64,000 bases of DNA, taken from the NCBI GenBank assembly GCA_963514005.1, contig OY740787.1, positions 62,000,001 to 62,064,000 of the forward strand, given 5' to 3'. The notes under the pieces are model-generated. The model did no database searches and was not told the DNA's origin. It saw only the letters and a program-made list of their open reading frames with translations. A program made the position numbers and the translations under genes. The stretch comes from Raja brachyura (Eukaryota). Shown here one piece after another: positions 26,450 to 39,424 of this stretch (positions are counted from its first letter, which is position 1; every line of letters begins with the position of its first letter).

Positions 26450-27125
26450 CATGTAGAAAGCATTTTATCGGGATGCATCACAGCATGGTTTTGGAACAGC
26501 TCCATCCAAGAGCGCAAGAAATTGCAGAGAATTGTGGATGTAGCCCAGACCTTCACTCAAACCAACCTCCCTTCATTGACTCCTTTTACACCTCACAAGT
26601 CCACTAGCATAATCAAGGACAAGTTGCACCCTTGTCAATCCCTCACCTCCCATATCCCAAAAGGAAAGAAGAGATATGGGGAGAAGGCAGGCACGAGTTA
26701 TTGATTGGGGACGATCAGCCATGATCACAATGAATGGCAGTGCTGGCTCGAAGGGCCGAATAGCCTCCTCCTGCACCTATTTTATATGTTTCTATGTTTC
26801 TAAGTACAGAAGTGTGAAACGATCACCAAATTCAGGGATAGCTTGTTCCCAGCTGTTATCAGGCAACTGAACCTCCTACGAACAACTAGAGAGCAGTCCT
26901 GAGTACTATCTACCTCAACTATCTTTGATCTGACTTTTCTGTACTTTATCTTGCACTACACGTTGTTCACGTTATTCCCTTTATCATGATTTTGTAAACT
27001 GTGGATAGATCGATTGTAATCACATATTGTCTTCCCTCTGACTGGATAGCACGCAACAAATGCTTTTCACTGTACCACGGTACATGTAACAATAAACTAA
27101 ACTAAACTCAAACTCAAACTAAAAT
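26450..27125 (+). mobile_element. Rex1/Babar 3' fragment containing a nested CR1 tail (~26670-26800)
   Basis: VESILSGCITAWFGN-like reading at 26453-26500; aataaactaaac tail. Confidence 0.7.
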
Positions 27126-27499
27126 TAAATTAATCTCTTCTGACTGCACATGATCCACATTTCTCCATTCCCTGTATATCCACGTGCCTATCAGAAAGTC
27201 TTTTAAAATCCATAATCATATCTGTCTCCCTGGCAGCGAGTTCCAGGCACCCACCACTCTCTGTGTAAAAAACTTGCCTACACATCGCCTTTAACCTTTG
27301 TCCCTCTCACATTAAGGTTATGCCATCCAGTATTTGGCATTTTCACTTTGTTAAAACAATTCAGAATATATACTTCTGTGAGGTCTCTCCTCAATTTCCA
27401 AAGTTCCAGAGAAAATAATCCAAGTATGTCCTTACAGCTGATACTCTTAATTCCAGGCATTATTCTGGAAAATATAAGTAGATTCCTGACACAAAGCGA

Positions 27500-27850
27500 C
27501 CACAGTCAATTTTGGCTGAGGAGGAGGAGATGATAATGAAGAAATACGAACATGGAACTAGCAGGACGACTACGGTGGGGGAGGGGATGGAGAGAGAGGG
27601 AATGCAAGCAAGCGAAATACGAGGTGCGGGTCCTTCCATTTGTGTTCGGCGTCACTCTGACAGAGTGTCACTCTGACACTCTGACTCTGGGAGGAGGCCC
27701 AGGACAGAAAGATCAGATAGACACAAAAAGTTGGAGTAGTTAAGTGGGACAGGCAGAATCTCTGGAGACAAGGAATGGGTGACGTTTCGGGTCGAGACCC
27801 TTCTTCATACAGAAAGGTCAGTATGGGAATGGGAGATTAAATGTTTGGCA
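27500..27850 (-). mobile_element. Penelope-like fragments including the best-preserved hammerhead-like motif
   Basis: GIY-YIG-type ggaggcccaggacagaaag segment; gacgtttcgggtcgagacccttcttca at 27781-27807. Confidence 0.7.
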
Positions 27851-27925
27851 ACCTATCCAGGTCTTAAAATTTGCAGTGTCTATTTTTGCAGCAGCAATAA
27901 ATGGTTCAGACAACAGCCCTCTGAA

Positions 27926-30268
27926 TAGAAACATAGGAAATAGGTGCAGGAGTAGGCCATTTGGCCCTTTGAGCTAGCACCGCCATTCAATATGATCATG
28001 GCTGATCATCCAAAATCAGTACCCGTTCTGGCTTTATCCCCATATCCCTTGATTCCCTTAGACCTAAGAGCTAAATCTAACTCTTTCTTGAAAGTATCCA
28101 GTGAATTGGCTTCCATTGCCTTTTGTGGCAGCGAATTCCACAGATTCCCAACTCCCTGGGTGAAAAAGGTTTTCTTCATTGCAGTCCTAAATGGCCTCCC
28201 CTTATTCTCAAACTGTGAACCCTGGTTCTGGACTCCCTCAACATCGGGAGCATGTTTCCTGCATCTACCCTGTCCAACCCTCTAAAAATTTAATTTTAAA
28301 TATGTTTCTATGAGTTCCCCTCTTATCCTTCTAAATTCCAGTGAATAAAAGCCCAGTCGACCCATTCTTTCATTATATGTCAGTCCCGCCATCCGAAGAA
28401 TTAACCTGGTGAACCTACGCTACACTCCCTCAATAGCAATAATGTCCTTCCTCAAATTAAGAGACCAAAACTGCACACAATATTCCAGGTACGGTCTTAC
28501 CCGGGCCCATGTACAAATACAGTAGGACCTCTTTACTCCTAAACTCAAATCCTCTTGCAATGAAGGCCAACATGCCATTGGCTTTCTTCACTGCCTGCTT
28601 ACTTTCAGTCACTGATGTACACCCAGGTCTCGTTGTACCTCCCCTTCTCCTAATCTGACGCCATTCAGATAATAATCTGCCTTCCTGTTCTTGCCACCAA
28701 AGTGGATAACCTCACATTTATCTACATTATACTCATCTGCCATGCTTCTGCCCACTCACCCAACCTATCCAAGTCACCCTACTGCCTCATAGCATCCTCC
28801 TCGCAGCTCACATTGCCACCCAGCTTTGTGTTATCCGCAAACTTAGAGATGTTACATTTAATTCCCATGTCTAAATTGTTAATATATATTGTAAACAACT
28901 GGGGTACCAGCAGCAAGCCTTGCGACACCCCACTGGTCACTGCCTGCCATTCTGTAAAGGACCCGTTAATTCCTACTCTTTGCTTCCTGTCTGCAACCAG
29001 TTCTTTATCCATGTCAAAACCCTACCCCCAATACCCTGTGCTCTCATTTTGCACCCTAATCTAATTAAGAATAAGGGGTAAGCCATTTAGAATGGAGATG
29101 AGGAAACACTTTTTCACACAGAGAGTTGTGAGTCTGAAATTCTCTGCCTCAGATGGCGGTGGAGGCCAGTTCTCTGGATACTTTCAAGAGAGAGCTAGAG
29201 AGGGCTCTTGAAGATAGTGGAGTCAGGGGATATGGGGAGAAGGCAGGAACAGGGTACTGATTGAGGGTGATCAGCCATGATCACATTGAATGGCAGTGCT
29301 GGCTTGAAGAGCGGTATGGCCTACTCCTGCACCTATTGTATATTGTCTATTGTCTTGTGTGGGACCTTCTCAAAGGCTTTTTGACAGTCCAGATACACCA
29401 CATCCACTGACTCTCCCCTATCCATTCTACTTGTTACATCCTCAAAAATTCCAAATGATTAGTCAAGCATGATTACCCCTTCATAAATCCATGCTGACTT
29501 TGACCGATCCCGTCACTGCTTTTCAAATGCACTGCTATAACAACTTTAATAATCGACTCCAGCATCTTCCCGCTACTGATGTAAGGCTAAATGGTCTATA
29601 ATTCCCCGATTTCTCTCTCCCTCCTTTATTAAAAAGTGGGGTTACATTGGCTACCCTCCAGTCCACAGGAACTGATCCAGAGTCAAGAGAACACATCCAC
29701 GATTTCTAGGGCCACCTCCCTGAGCACTGGGATGCAGACCGTCAGGCCCTGGGGAGTTATCTGCCTTCAGTCCCAACAGTTTACCTAACACCATTTTCTG
29801 ACTAATGTGGATGCCCTTCAGTTCCTCCCTTCCTCTAGATCCTCGGTTCCCTAGTATTTCCGGGAGATTGTTTGTGTCTTCCTTAGTGACGACAGAACCA
29901 AAGTACTCGTTTAACTGTTCTGTTATTTCCTTGTTTCCCATTATAAATTCACCTGTCTCTGATTGTAAGGGACCTACATTCGTCTTCACTAATCTTTTCC
30001 TTTTTACATACCTATAGAAACCTTTACAGTCAGTTTTTATATTTCCCGCAAGCTTTCTTTCATGCTCTTTTTTCCCCCTCTTAATTAACCTCTTTGTCCT
30101 CCTCTTTTGAGTTCTAAATTCCTCCCAGTCCTCTGGTTTGCTGCTTCTTCAGGCCAATTTATATGCATCATCCATGGCTTTAAATCTATCCTTGACTTCC
30201 CTCGTCAGCCACGGACGAGCCGCCTTCCCCTTTTTATTTTTTTGCCAGACAGGGATGAACAATTTCTG
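27926..30268 (-). mobile_element. CR1 LINE, 5'-truncated, decayed; an opposite-strand CR1 3' fragment is nested at ~29063-29352
   Basis: KTNVGPLQSETGE...SPGPDGLHP, RKQRVGING...VTSGV.QG...KFADNTKLGG and the CR1 tail. Confidence 0.9.
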
Positions 30269-30711
30269 GATTTCTGAATCTCATGCCATTCCACAGGGCA
30301 ATGGCAGCACCAGGACAATTAACGGTGCTTAGACAAAAAGCGACTGATTCCTCAGTTCATGTTGCAGCTTGCTCCCCAACTTGTTTTGACTCTGCACTTC
30401 CTCCTCTTCACGTACAATTACACCAGAGAACAAAACCAGGGAGTACAAAGGCCTGGGAAGATTGTGACAAGAAGAAAAGAAGGTGTCAAAGCAGCTGGAA
30501 GAAGACTAAAGGATAAAGAACAAAACCGCGCACCTGGAGAGTACAAGAGATAATAGTGATCCAGAAAACAAAGGATAAATATAAACTGCACGACGAGAAT
30601 AAATAAAAGTACATGCGCTGACTTGTCAGTGCATGGTGACACACCTTCCCCTCTATTACCAGGCTTCTGAATGATCCATCCATAAGCTAGGGTACTGTCC
30701 GATTCACCATT

Positions 30712-31030
30712 AGATTTGTTTAGTTTAGTTCAGAGATACAGCATGGAAACAGGCCCTTCGGCCCACTGAGTCCGCACTGCCCAGCGATCCCCGGACATTA
30801 ACACTATCCTACGCACACAAGAGACGATTTACATTTTTTATATAAAGCCAATTAGCCTACAAGCCTGTACGTCTTTGGAGTGTAGGAGGAAACAGAAGAT
30901 TTCAGTTATAACCCATGCAGGTCAAGGGGAGAATGTACAAGCTCCGTACAGACAGCACCCGTAGTCAGGATCAAACCCGAGTCTCTGGCGCTGTAAGGCA
31001 ACAACTCTATCGCTGTGCCGCTATGCCTCC
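30712..31030 (-). mobile_element. tRNA-derived SINE
   Basis: Full head-core-tail structure. Confidence 0.85.
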
Positions 31031-31162
31031 CTGGAGTCAAGGGTTATGGGGAGAAGGCAAGAGAATGGGATTAAGCAGGGAAGACAGGTCAGCCATGATT
31101 GAATGGTGGGATAGACTCCTTGGGCCAAATGGCTTAATTTTGCTCCTATGACATGAACTGAA

Positions 31163-31313
31163 GGAGTAACTCAGCAGGTCCGGCAGCATCTCTGGAGAAC
31201 GTGGATAGGTGATGTTTCAGGTTAGGATCCTTCCTGTCTGAAGAAGGGTCCTGACCTGAGACATCACCTATCCACGTCCTCCAGAGATGCTGCCTGACCT
31301 GTTGAGTTACTCC
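31163..31313. repeat. Head-to-head inverted Penelope-like terminal repeats
   Basis: ggagtaactcagcaggtccggcagcatctctggag... is mirrored by ...ctccagagatgctgcctgacctgttgagttactcc. Confidence 0.8.
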
Positions 31314-31556
31314 AAACCTTTGTGTCCTTTGTGGTCCTTTTGTATATTAATCAGCATCTGCAATTCTTTGTTTAATAAGCCAAAACTTACATTCTTTGAT
31401 TTTGTGCAGGACACCTGGATTCCTAATCTTGCGTGTACATATAGTCTTCGAATAACACTTATCCATGTGGTATAAGTGATGTAAGTGGCTACTCACAATT
31501 ATCTAAGTCAGTTCAAACCATTTCACCTCCACTGTGGTGGAAGTCATCCCTAAATT

Positions 31557-31860
31557 TGGGTGGCACGGCAGCACAGTGGTAAAGTTGCTGCCTAACAATG
31601 GTAGAGACCCAGGTTTGCTCCTGACCATGATGCTGTCTGTACAGATATTGTACGTTCTTTGTATGACCGCGTGGGTTTTCTCTGGGTGCTCCGGTTTCCT
31701 CCCACATTACAGGTTGGAGTTTAATTGGCTTTGGTAAAATTGTAAATCATCCCTAGTGTGTAGGATAGTGCTAATGTAAGGGGTGATCACCGGTCGGCGT
31801 GGACTCGGTGGGCCGAAGGGCCTGTTTCCGTGCTGTATCTCTAAGGTCGAAAGTCTAAAT
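31557..31860 (+). mobile_element. tRNA-derived SINE
   Basis: Full head-core-tail structure. Confidence 0.85.
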
Positions 31861-32039
31861 GAGATTGCTGTTGGCAGCCATGCAGAACATAGTCAAGCGT
31901 CTGTTCTCCGATTATGCTATGTGGAGCAGTTCTGAATGAATGTCTCATTCAGTAAGGGTGGGAAAAGAAGATGTACCTTCTTCTGTGAGGCTTGCGACGC
32001 TATCGACATGATCCAACTAATAACACCATTCGATGCACA

Positions 32040-32340
32040 TATTCTCTTGCCCAGAGTAGGTGAATTGGGAACAGAGGATATAGGTTTAAGATGAAGGGGA
32101 AAAGATTTAATAGGAATCTGAGGGGTAACATTTTCACACAAAAGGTGGTGGGTGTATGAAACAAACTGCCAGAGGAGGTAGTTGAGGTTGGGACTATCCC
32201 AACATTTAAGAAACAGTTAGACAGGTAGATGGATAGGATAGGTTTGGAGGAATATGGACCAAGTGCAGGCAGGTGGGGCTAGCTGGGACATGTTGGCCGG
32301 TGTGGGGAAGTTTCCACACTGTATCGCTCTATGACTATGA
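32040..32340 (+). mobile_element. CR1-type 3' fragment
   Basis: ttttcacacaaaaggtggtgggtgtat...ctctatgactatga tail. Confidence 0.75.
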
Positions 32341-34086
32341 GAGGAAAACTAAAGATATGAAAAGGTACAAAGAACAAACGGATGAAAGGTACGAAAAGAA
32401 CAAATCAAAGCCAGCAACAATGGTCAAGGAAATGTTGTGAAGTGGGTGATAAGTAGAATCTTAACCTCAATTGCAAACAACATTTCATCCTAACATCAGA
32501 ATATGCCTTAGAAGAATGACTGTGGTAAATTCCAAGAACATTTTACTCTGATGCTTGGCTCAAAATACAGATTTCACAGATTTTTAATGTCAATATTGGA
32601 GGACTATCATCACAGAAATATAAATATGATTAAAATTATCTGGCATACATTATTTTAATGTCAGCTATCCATGCATTTGCACAGCCCGGGAATGGATAAT
32701 TGTACCGTTGCGTTATTTCTCGTTTAATAGCAAATGCTTTTTGCAAAATAGGGAATTGATTTGGCTGCAAGCTGCTTGAACCCCCGGGTGGATTATCCAC
32801 AAACATCAATGCTTTATTACTGATGAAAGAGGTTGGAATTAGGCCAGGTTTAGCTATTCTGCAAATTATCTCGATGACATACAGTATGGATCACTTTGTG
32901 TACATTGCCTTGGTTGATTTTGTATTAATTTAATTTAATACAGCACTCTGTCCCGATTATTAACATAAGGCATACAGAGTTCAGACCAATACCTAGTATA
33001 GTGTAAGTCAGGCTTAAATCAGAGATACACTCCCCTTTCTTGCATTATCCCACCCACCTTTCCTCTTCCCCCCCTTCCCCCCTCCCACTCCCATCCCATG
33101 AAATGATAGAAGTTCATGTTCATAGGTTCTGGGAGCAAAATGAGGCCATTCAGCCCATCAAGTCTACGCCATTCAATCATGGCTGATCTATCTTTCCCTC
33201 TCAACCCATTCTCCTGCCTTCTCCTCATAACCCCTGACACCCTTACTGCAGGAGAATAGAGGGAAGAAGATTAGACTTTATTGCCTACCATCACAGTGAG
33301 GAATGTGGGTAATCTGCTGTGGTGGATGTTTATGTTAACTTTTATGTAGTTTTGGGTCTTGTGTTACCATTGCCTTGGCATCTACAGCCCTCTGCAGCAC
33401 GAATTGTGAGGAAATATATGTGAATGGGGATGGTGGGGTGGAGACGGGGGGGGGGGGGGGGGGGCGAGAGGGCTTTGTTTGTATGCGTTGTGTGACATTT
33501 ATTCTGCATGCAGGATAGTTGCTAACATCTATGGTAGACTAGATGACCATGCCTAGAGGTGGGAAGGTAACAGTAGACCCATGCACTATACTGCCCTTAT
33601 CTTATTCACCTGTTCTTGCCCTATAAGAGAATAGAATGTGTTTTTGTTCAACGTAACATAACCTTGTGAGATCAGGAACAATAAAATAACATTTGCAATT
33701 CCTGAACCCTTTCTTGAGTTCAATCTGAGTAATTCTTTTAAAACACAATTAATTCTTAAAGTTCCTCATTCAAACATGAATCAAAACACATTATTCACCA
33801 CCCACCTACTCTGTACCTACTAAATACCTAATACTCAGCCATTGTGAATAAAGAGCGCATTTCATCAATTTTCAATGTACTGAAACAATGATAACTGCTT
33901 CTCAAGAAAAATTCAGGTTGTGAGATATTTAGATTCCAGATGGTGACATGTGCCTACATTTAGTTTTCATTTAGTTATGAGATAGAGTGTGGAAACTGGC
34001 CCACCGAGTCCTCTCCGACCATGGATCACCAGTGTCATTTACCACTCCCACACACTATAGGCAATTTACAGAAATCAATTAACCTA

Positions 34087-34391
34087 GGGAGAAAGAGGTG
34101 CAGCGCACAGGCCTTGAACCTGGTGAGACGCAGGAGGAGCCCGGCCGGGAGTCAACCCACAGAGAGCCCAGTCCCTCCATGCAATAGAGTCTCCCAACCC
34201 CTGCAGAGTAGTTATTAAGATGGCTGATCCGTGGGCGGTTGCTGCTGGGACGCAAGTCGGTGCCTGATCAACCCCCTGCTGGGTCGCCTGGGCGAGGGTG
34301 CCTGATGTTGTGAGACCCGAAACACCCGATGACCCCAGGTCACATCACTGAGGATGCGTCCCAGCGCATCTAGAAGATGTATATTTTTCAC
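34087..34391 (+). mobile_element. Internally deleted non-LTR retrotransposon (Hero-like), inserted in a SINE
   Basis: aaccta direct repeats at 34081-34086 and 34392-34397 split a minus-strand SINE. The peptide QRTGLEPGETQEEPGRESTHR and the 3' UTR gatgaccccaggtcacatcactgaggatg resemble fish Hero elements as recalled; no database search was run. Confidence 0.5.
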
Positions 34392-34724
34392 AACCTATAG
34401 GTCTGCACATCTTCGGAATGCGGGTGGAAACAGGAGTACCCGGAGAAAACTCACCCGGTCACTGGAAGAACGTACAAACTCCATATAGACAGCACCCGTA
34501 GTCAGGAGCAAACTAGGGTCTCTGGTGCTGTAAGACAGCAACTACCGCTGCGCCACTGTAAGGAAATTTAATCAGATCTCGACTTTCAAAAGAGCAAAAG
34601 GTCTCAGGAATATATTGTATGACAGACGGTATGTTCATTTTCTTTCAATTGAAGATCAGAGATTATATATCTGTCAATCCGTCATCTAAATGCCAAAGTA
34701 AGAACATTCAACTTAATTAACTGG

Positions 34725-35035
34725 TCTCACAGCGGAAGAGCCGCTGTCTCACAGCGCCAGAGACTTGGTTTCAATCCTAACCTCGGGTGCTGTATGTGTG
34801 GATTTTGCATGTTCTCCCTGTGTCCGCGTGGGTTTCCTCTGGTTGTTCAGGTTTTCTCCTGCATCCCAAAGACATGCGGTTTTGTAAGTTGATTGATCCT
34901 CTGTAAAAATTGCCCTAGTGTGTGGAGAATGGATGCAATAGTGGGATAACATAGAACTAATGTGAATGGGTGATCAATGGTCATTGTGGACTCAGTGGGC
35001 TGAAGGGCCTGCTTCGATGCTGTATCTCTAATCTG
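34725..35035 (+). mobile_element. tRNA-derived SINE
   Basis: Head, ttgcatgttctccctgtgtccgcgtgggtttcctc core and tail. Confidence 0.8.
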
Positions 35036-35354
35036 CATCTCAAACCTACAAGCAAGTAAAATGCCCTCCCCATATTGAGCTGTGGATTCAAACCAAACTA
35101 TTTTTTGCCTCGGCTGTTTTTCTGTTTGACTCATTGCAGATTCAAAACGAAATAAAGTCACTGTCAGCAAAATCTGAACCCTTTGCTAAATAGAAACTCC
35201 TCCTGAATTTTCCCTGACTCAGTGATAATGGCGGATGCCTCTGCATGAACTATTTACAGTAAGTGTAACTCCTGAATCTAATTAATTTATACAGAGGGGA
35301 CTGTTCATATACTACAATTAGTCATAGATAATTGGTCATCGATAGAATTAGTCA

Positions 35355-35735
35355 TAGATAACTTACAGAATTCTTAAGGGGTTGGACAGGCTAGATGCAG
35401 GAAGATTGTTCCCGATGTTGGGGAAGTCCAGGACAAGGGGTCACTGTTTAACGATAAGGGGGAAGTCTTTTAGGACAGAGATGAGAAAATCATTTTTCAC
35501 ACAGAGTGTGGTGAATCTGTGGAATTCTCTGCCACAGAAGGTAGTTGAGGCCAGTTTGTTGGCTATATTTAAGAGGCAGTTAGATGTGGCCCTTGTAGCT
35601 AATGGGATCAGGGGGTATAGAGAGAAGGCAGGTACAGGATACTGAGTTGGATGATCAGCCATGATCATATTGAATGGTGGTGCAGGATCGAAGGGCCGAA
35701 TGGCCTACTCCTGCACCTATTTTCTATGTTTCTAT
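35355..35735 (+). mobile_element. CR1 3' fragment
   Basis: DRLDAGRLFP...TRGH.L...FFTQSVVNLWNSLP; ttctatgtttctat tail. Confidence 0.88.
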
Positions 35736-35739
35736 AACC

Positions 35740-36605
35740 ATAGAGTCATGGAGTTTACAGCATGGAAACAGGTCCTTCAGCCCAACCAGACCATGGTGCC
35801 CCATCTACACTAGTTCCACCTGTCCACGTTAGCCTATATCCCTCTAAACTTTTCCTTTCCATGTTCTATCCAAATGTCTATTAAATGTTGTTGTAGTCAA
35901 CATCTAAACCACATCCACTGGCAACTCATTCCATATACCCATCACCACTGTATGGAAAAGTTTTCCATCAGATCCCTATTAAATTTATCCCTCTCACCCT
36001 AAACCTATGTCCTCTGGTTCTTAATTCCCCTACTTTGGGTAAAAGATTATGCGTTCTCTCAGTCTATTCCCTTCATGATCTTATGCACTTCCATAAGATC
36101 ATTCCACTTCCTTCTGCAAGGAATAAGGTCCTAGCCGGCCCAACGTCTCCCTATAGTTCAGTCCCTCGAGTCCTGGCAACATATTCGTAAATCTTCTCTG
36201 TACACTTTCTGGCTTAGCAGCATCATTCCCATTGCCTTGTGACCAAACGTGAATATCCTGACAGATGAAACCCAATGTGCCGAAATCATTTGGGACCACC
36301 CTATCCACCTGTGAAGCTATTTTCAATGAACTATGTGCCTGCACTCCAAGATCCCTCTGCTTTACAACACTCCCCAGGTCCCTGATATTTGATGTGAATA
36401 TCCTGTCTGGGTTTGACTTCCCAAAGTGCAACATCTCATGTTCATTTGCATTAAACTCCATTAACCATTCCTCAGCCCATTTGCCCAACTGATCAAGATC
36501 CAGCTGTAATTTTTGATAACCATTTTCGCTATGTACGATACCGCCCACTTTAGTATAATCTGCAAATTTACTAATAATGCCTTGTACATTCTCATCCAAA
36601 ACATT
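35740..36605 (-). mobile_element. CR1 fragment (second family)
   Basis: ISKFADYTKVGG...LQLDLDQLGKWAEEWLMEFN...QRDLGV. Confidence 0.88.
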
Positions 36606-37996
36606 GAAAGTGAATCACCACATCCCCAGCGCCATCTTGTACCCTTCAAAGTTGTTAAAAAATGTTAGAGTCTTAACTAGGCCATAAAAGCCCGTTGTCA
36701 TGGCGGCTGCACTGGTTGGGAGTTGCAGGGGTCGGCCTGGCCTGGCGATGTTGTTGGTGCCCACCACCGCTGTTCCGACGCTCCGTGTTGCTGCAGGCCG
36801 TGTCCGATCCATGCACTCGGCCTCTTAGAGCGGCGCCCAAACCAAACAAAACTTCTCTTCCAACACAAGTGGAAAGAACTCTGGCGACATTACATTTCTC
36901 AGCCTCTTGCTGGTTTCCATGGCTGTGCCGTATGTATTTATTAACTAGTGTCAGAGGCATGGATTTCTTATATGCATGATGAACATGAGAGGATGTAAAT
37001 GAGCAAAACGTGTTCAAAGATGAAATACTACAGACTCTACGGAATGTACAGAGAACACTTAATCACTATCTCCCTTTTAAGGATGCAGATGCTTCCACAA
37101 GAGCAGACAATATGTATAAATGATTCAGAAATATATTTATCCCCTCTAGCTCGCGTTGTTACTGGGCTTTTCACGGTCTGTGGGTCCGATAAGTTGTTGC
37201 AGGGATTAATTATTACTTACCATGCATAAAATGTATTACATTTCCAAGAAAGAGGACAAATAAAAGATTTTCCTCAACCGATGACTTAGTCAGTGGTTGA
37301 TATATTTTATTCATTGTATAATCATAACTATTTATAGAGTAATAAAGTCACACAGTGAGGAAACTTCGGCCCAACTTTCCCATGCTGACCATGATGCCCC
37401 ATCCAGACCAGTCTTCATGTGCGTTTGGCCCATATCCCTCTAAACCTTTCCTGTCTATGTACCTGACCAAATGTCTTTTAAATGTTGTGATAGTACCTGC
37501 CTCAATTACCTCCTCCGGCAGCTCGTTCCATACACCCACCACCCTCTATGGGAAAATGGTTCATATTAATTATTTCTCCTCTCACCTTAAACATATGCTC
37601 TCTGGTTCTTGATTCCCCAAGGTAGACACAAAATGCTGGAGTAACTTAGCAGGACAGAGAGCATCTCTGGAGAGAGGCAATTGATGATGTTTTGGGTTGA
37701 GGCCCTTCTTCAGACAACTCTGGGTTGATAGGCATTCACCCTACCCATTCCAAGTGCACCTATTCCAGATTATGAATGTTAGGTATAATGTTAGGTATAA
37801 TTTATGTATGATTTATGTTTTTGTGTGCTTGTCTGAGTCTAGGTGCCAGTGATGCAGTTGCTAGCAATATTTTTCAGTATAGCTGTACCTCATTGTGCCA
37901 ATTAGGGCAGCACAGTGGCGTAGTGGTAGAGTCTCTGTCTTACAGCGTCAGAGACCCGGGTTCAATCCTGACTATAGATGCTGTCTGTATGGAGTT

Positions 37997-38096
37997 AGCG
38001 AGCCAACGGCCATCTACACTTCAGTAGAAGTTCCAATCACTGTCATACATAGCATTGTAAGGCACTGTGCCCGTTGATGGTTTCAACGATGATGAT
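37997..38096 (+). mobile_element. Short retroposon with (GAT)n tail, inserted in a SINE (37905-38215)
   Basis: TSD gtatggagtt/gtacggagtt at 37987-37996 and 38097-38106; homologous to 61683-61790 on the opposite strand. Confidence 0.75.
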
Positions 38097-38350
38097 GTAC
38101 GGAGTTTATACGTTCTCCCTGTGATGTGTGGGTTTTCTCTGGGTGCTCCGGTTTCCTCCCACACTTCATAGACGTTTGTAGGTTTATTGGCTCCACGCTT
38201 TATTTCTAAAGTTTAAAATAAAATAAATGACTTGAATAATTAGAAATGGAACTTTGTTGGGAAACATTAAAAAAGTATGAGCCTCAAGTTTTGGAAAAGT
38301 TATAAATAGAAAGTAGAATTTGTTTCTGCTCAACCCAACATTACCTTATG

Positions 38351-39384
38351 TAGGTATGTTACAAAACTTACCTTTAGCGGCGCTGCACTTCTGCCGCTCC
38401 CCGTGTGCGCGACTTTCGCGCCTTGCAGAGGGGGGCGGGCTTAAAGTGCCGTTTTTCCACAGGCCTGGATAATCGATGAATGTCGGGCGATTTGGTTGCT
38501 GAAGAAAAATCGCTCCGACATTTCATGAATGGAGGTATTTTTAAATTACTCTAGATTATTTATTAACTAGAGTAATTTAAAAATCACCTTCAAAAGCCGT
38601 GAGCGCAGACAACCGGAAGCATTTTGCGTAGGGGAGAAAAAAAGGTAAATACTTTATTTTTATATTAAAAGTTGGTTTTTCGGGAGGCATTAATAACATT
38701 TTTATGTTGCGAAATGGGGTCCCCAAAAAATGTATGAACCCCCAGTATTTTTCTCCCCAACTTCACTGCTAACCGCAACGTTCTAATCCACCGCATTCCA
38801 CTAAAACCCACTCGCTAGTTGATTTAAATGGCCATTAATTTACAGCATAAAACACTAAATTCCTTCAGTTTGGCCCAGAAATTCATGAAAATGAGATTTA
38901 AAAATTATGTTATATTGTGGATTATTGTGTGAATGTTATTTGGACACTTAGGCAATTTTAAAAAAGTTTATCTTTTCTTAAGAAATTGATAGATGTTTAG
39001 ATCTACTCATTGAATTTTGTAATTAGCTACAATTAGATAACTAACTAATTATATGCTTTAATTTCAGGTAATCCAAGTAAGATTGTTTCATATTTGTTTC
39101 AGAATGCTTCAATCTATAATAACTGAAAATTTCATTGAGTTCTCTTTATTTTTAAGAATGTTATGGACTTTTAACTTTTCCAGATCACAGCTTTTGAGTT
39201 AAGTCAATTGAAAGGCAATGGGAAGCAAGATGCTCATTTCCGAGTATGAAAATGGCCATAACTTTCTTAATACTGAAGATATGAAAGTAAATTAGGTGTC
39301 TAATTAAACTTCTTTTTATGCTTTATCTGATGGGATAAATTGCAGACTTGATTTTTAAAATCTCAAAATTTTGTAACATTGCTA
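38351..39384. mobile_element. Non-autonomous TIR DNA transposon (TAG...CTA ends)
   Basis: TIR taggtatgttacaaaa / ttttgtaacattgcta (14/16 match); ccttatg direct repeats at 38344-38350 and 39385-39391. Confidence 0.8.
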
Positions 39385-39424
39385 CCTTATGAAATCAGAA
39401 ACAATAACATTTAATTAGCAATTG

